Positions 15,789 to 15,909 of a stretch of DNA of 15,909 bases are shown in pieces. Both the position numbers and the translations under genes were made by a program. The notes under the pieces were generated by a model. The model searched no databases. It was not told the origin of the DNA and saw only the letters and a list, made by a program, of their open reading frames with translations. Position 1 is the first letter of the stretch. Each line of letters begins with the position of its first letter. The stretch is from Candidatus Terraquivivens tengchongensis (GTDB lineage: Archaea > Thermoproteota > Nitrososphaeria_A > Caldarchaeales > Wolframiiraptoraceae), in the NCBI GenBank assembly GCA_023261845.1, contig JALNJZ010000011.1:1-15909 (forward strand), written 5' to 3'.

Positions 15789-15909
15789 TCACAACTCCTT
15801 AATATTTATTTTGGATGAATGTTTGTCCTAGTATACAACGAGTGGGTGAATGTTTTGAGAAGCATTGTCTTGAAAAGTCTCATAACTGTTACGCTTACGA
15901 TGTTGATAG

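Noticed and set aside
1-15909. CRISPR arrays, transposases, integrases or defence systems
   Set aside because: No regularly spaced repeats or such ORFs seen; nearly all sequence is explained by housekeeping genes.

Overview
Archaeal chromosomal window, probably TACK (Thermoproteota-type), inferred from the SmAP3-like Sm protein, Ala1 proteasome beta subunit, BHB-intron tRNA, TATA-like boxes and frequent TTG/GTG starts. It is densely packed with housekeeping genes. In order: an MgtA-type P-type ATPase split by one +1 frameshift in a T8 run (runs off the left edge), a tRNA-Gly-like gene, PAC2 #1, SmAP3, a single-domain KaiC/RecA ATPase, thrC, RbkR riboflavin kinase/regulator, a non-catalytic proteasome beta subunit, PAC2 #2 (bacterial-like), rtcA, larB-larE, a UbiE-like methyltransferase, NMN adenylyltransferase, DUF62 SAM hydrolase, pth2-truD-trmI, and a 66-aa basic/acidic disordered protein. 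The most unusual element is the tRNA. Its acceptor, D and T arms and its 13-nt bulge-helix-bulge intron are intact. The spliced anticodon loop, however, would read G32-C33-CCC-G37-G38 with no U33, and the intron pairs with those aberrant bases. This suggests a maintained, possibly non-decoding tRNA-Gly. All calls come from motif recognition by eye; no searches were run.
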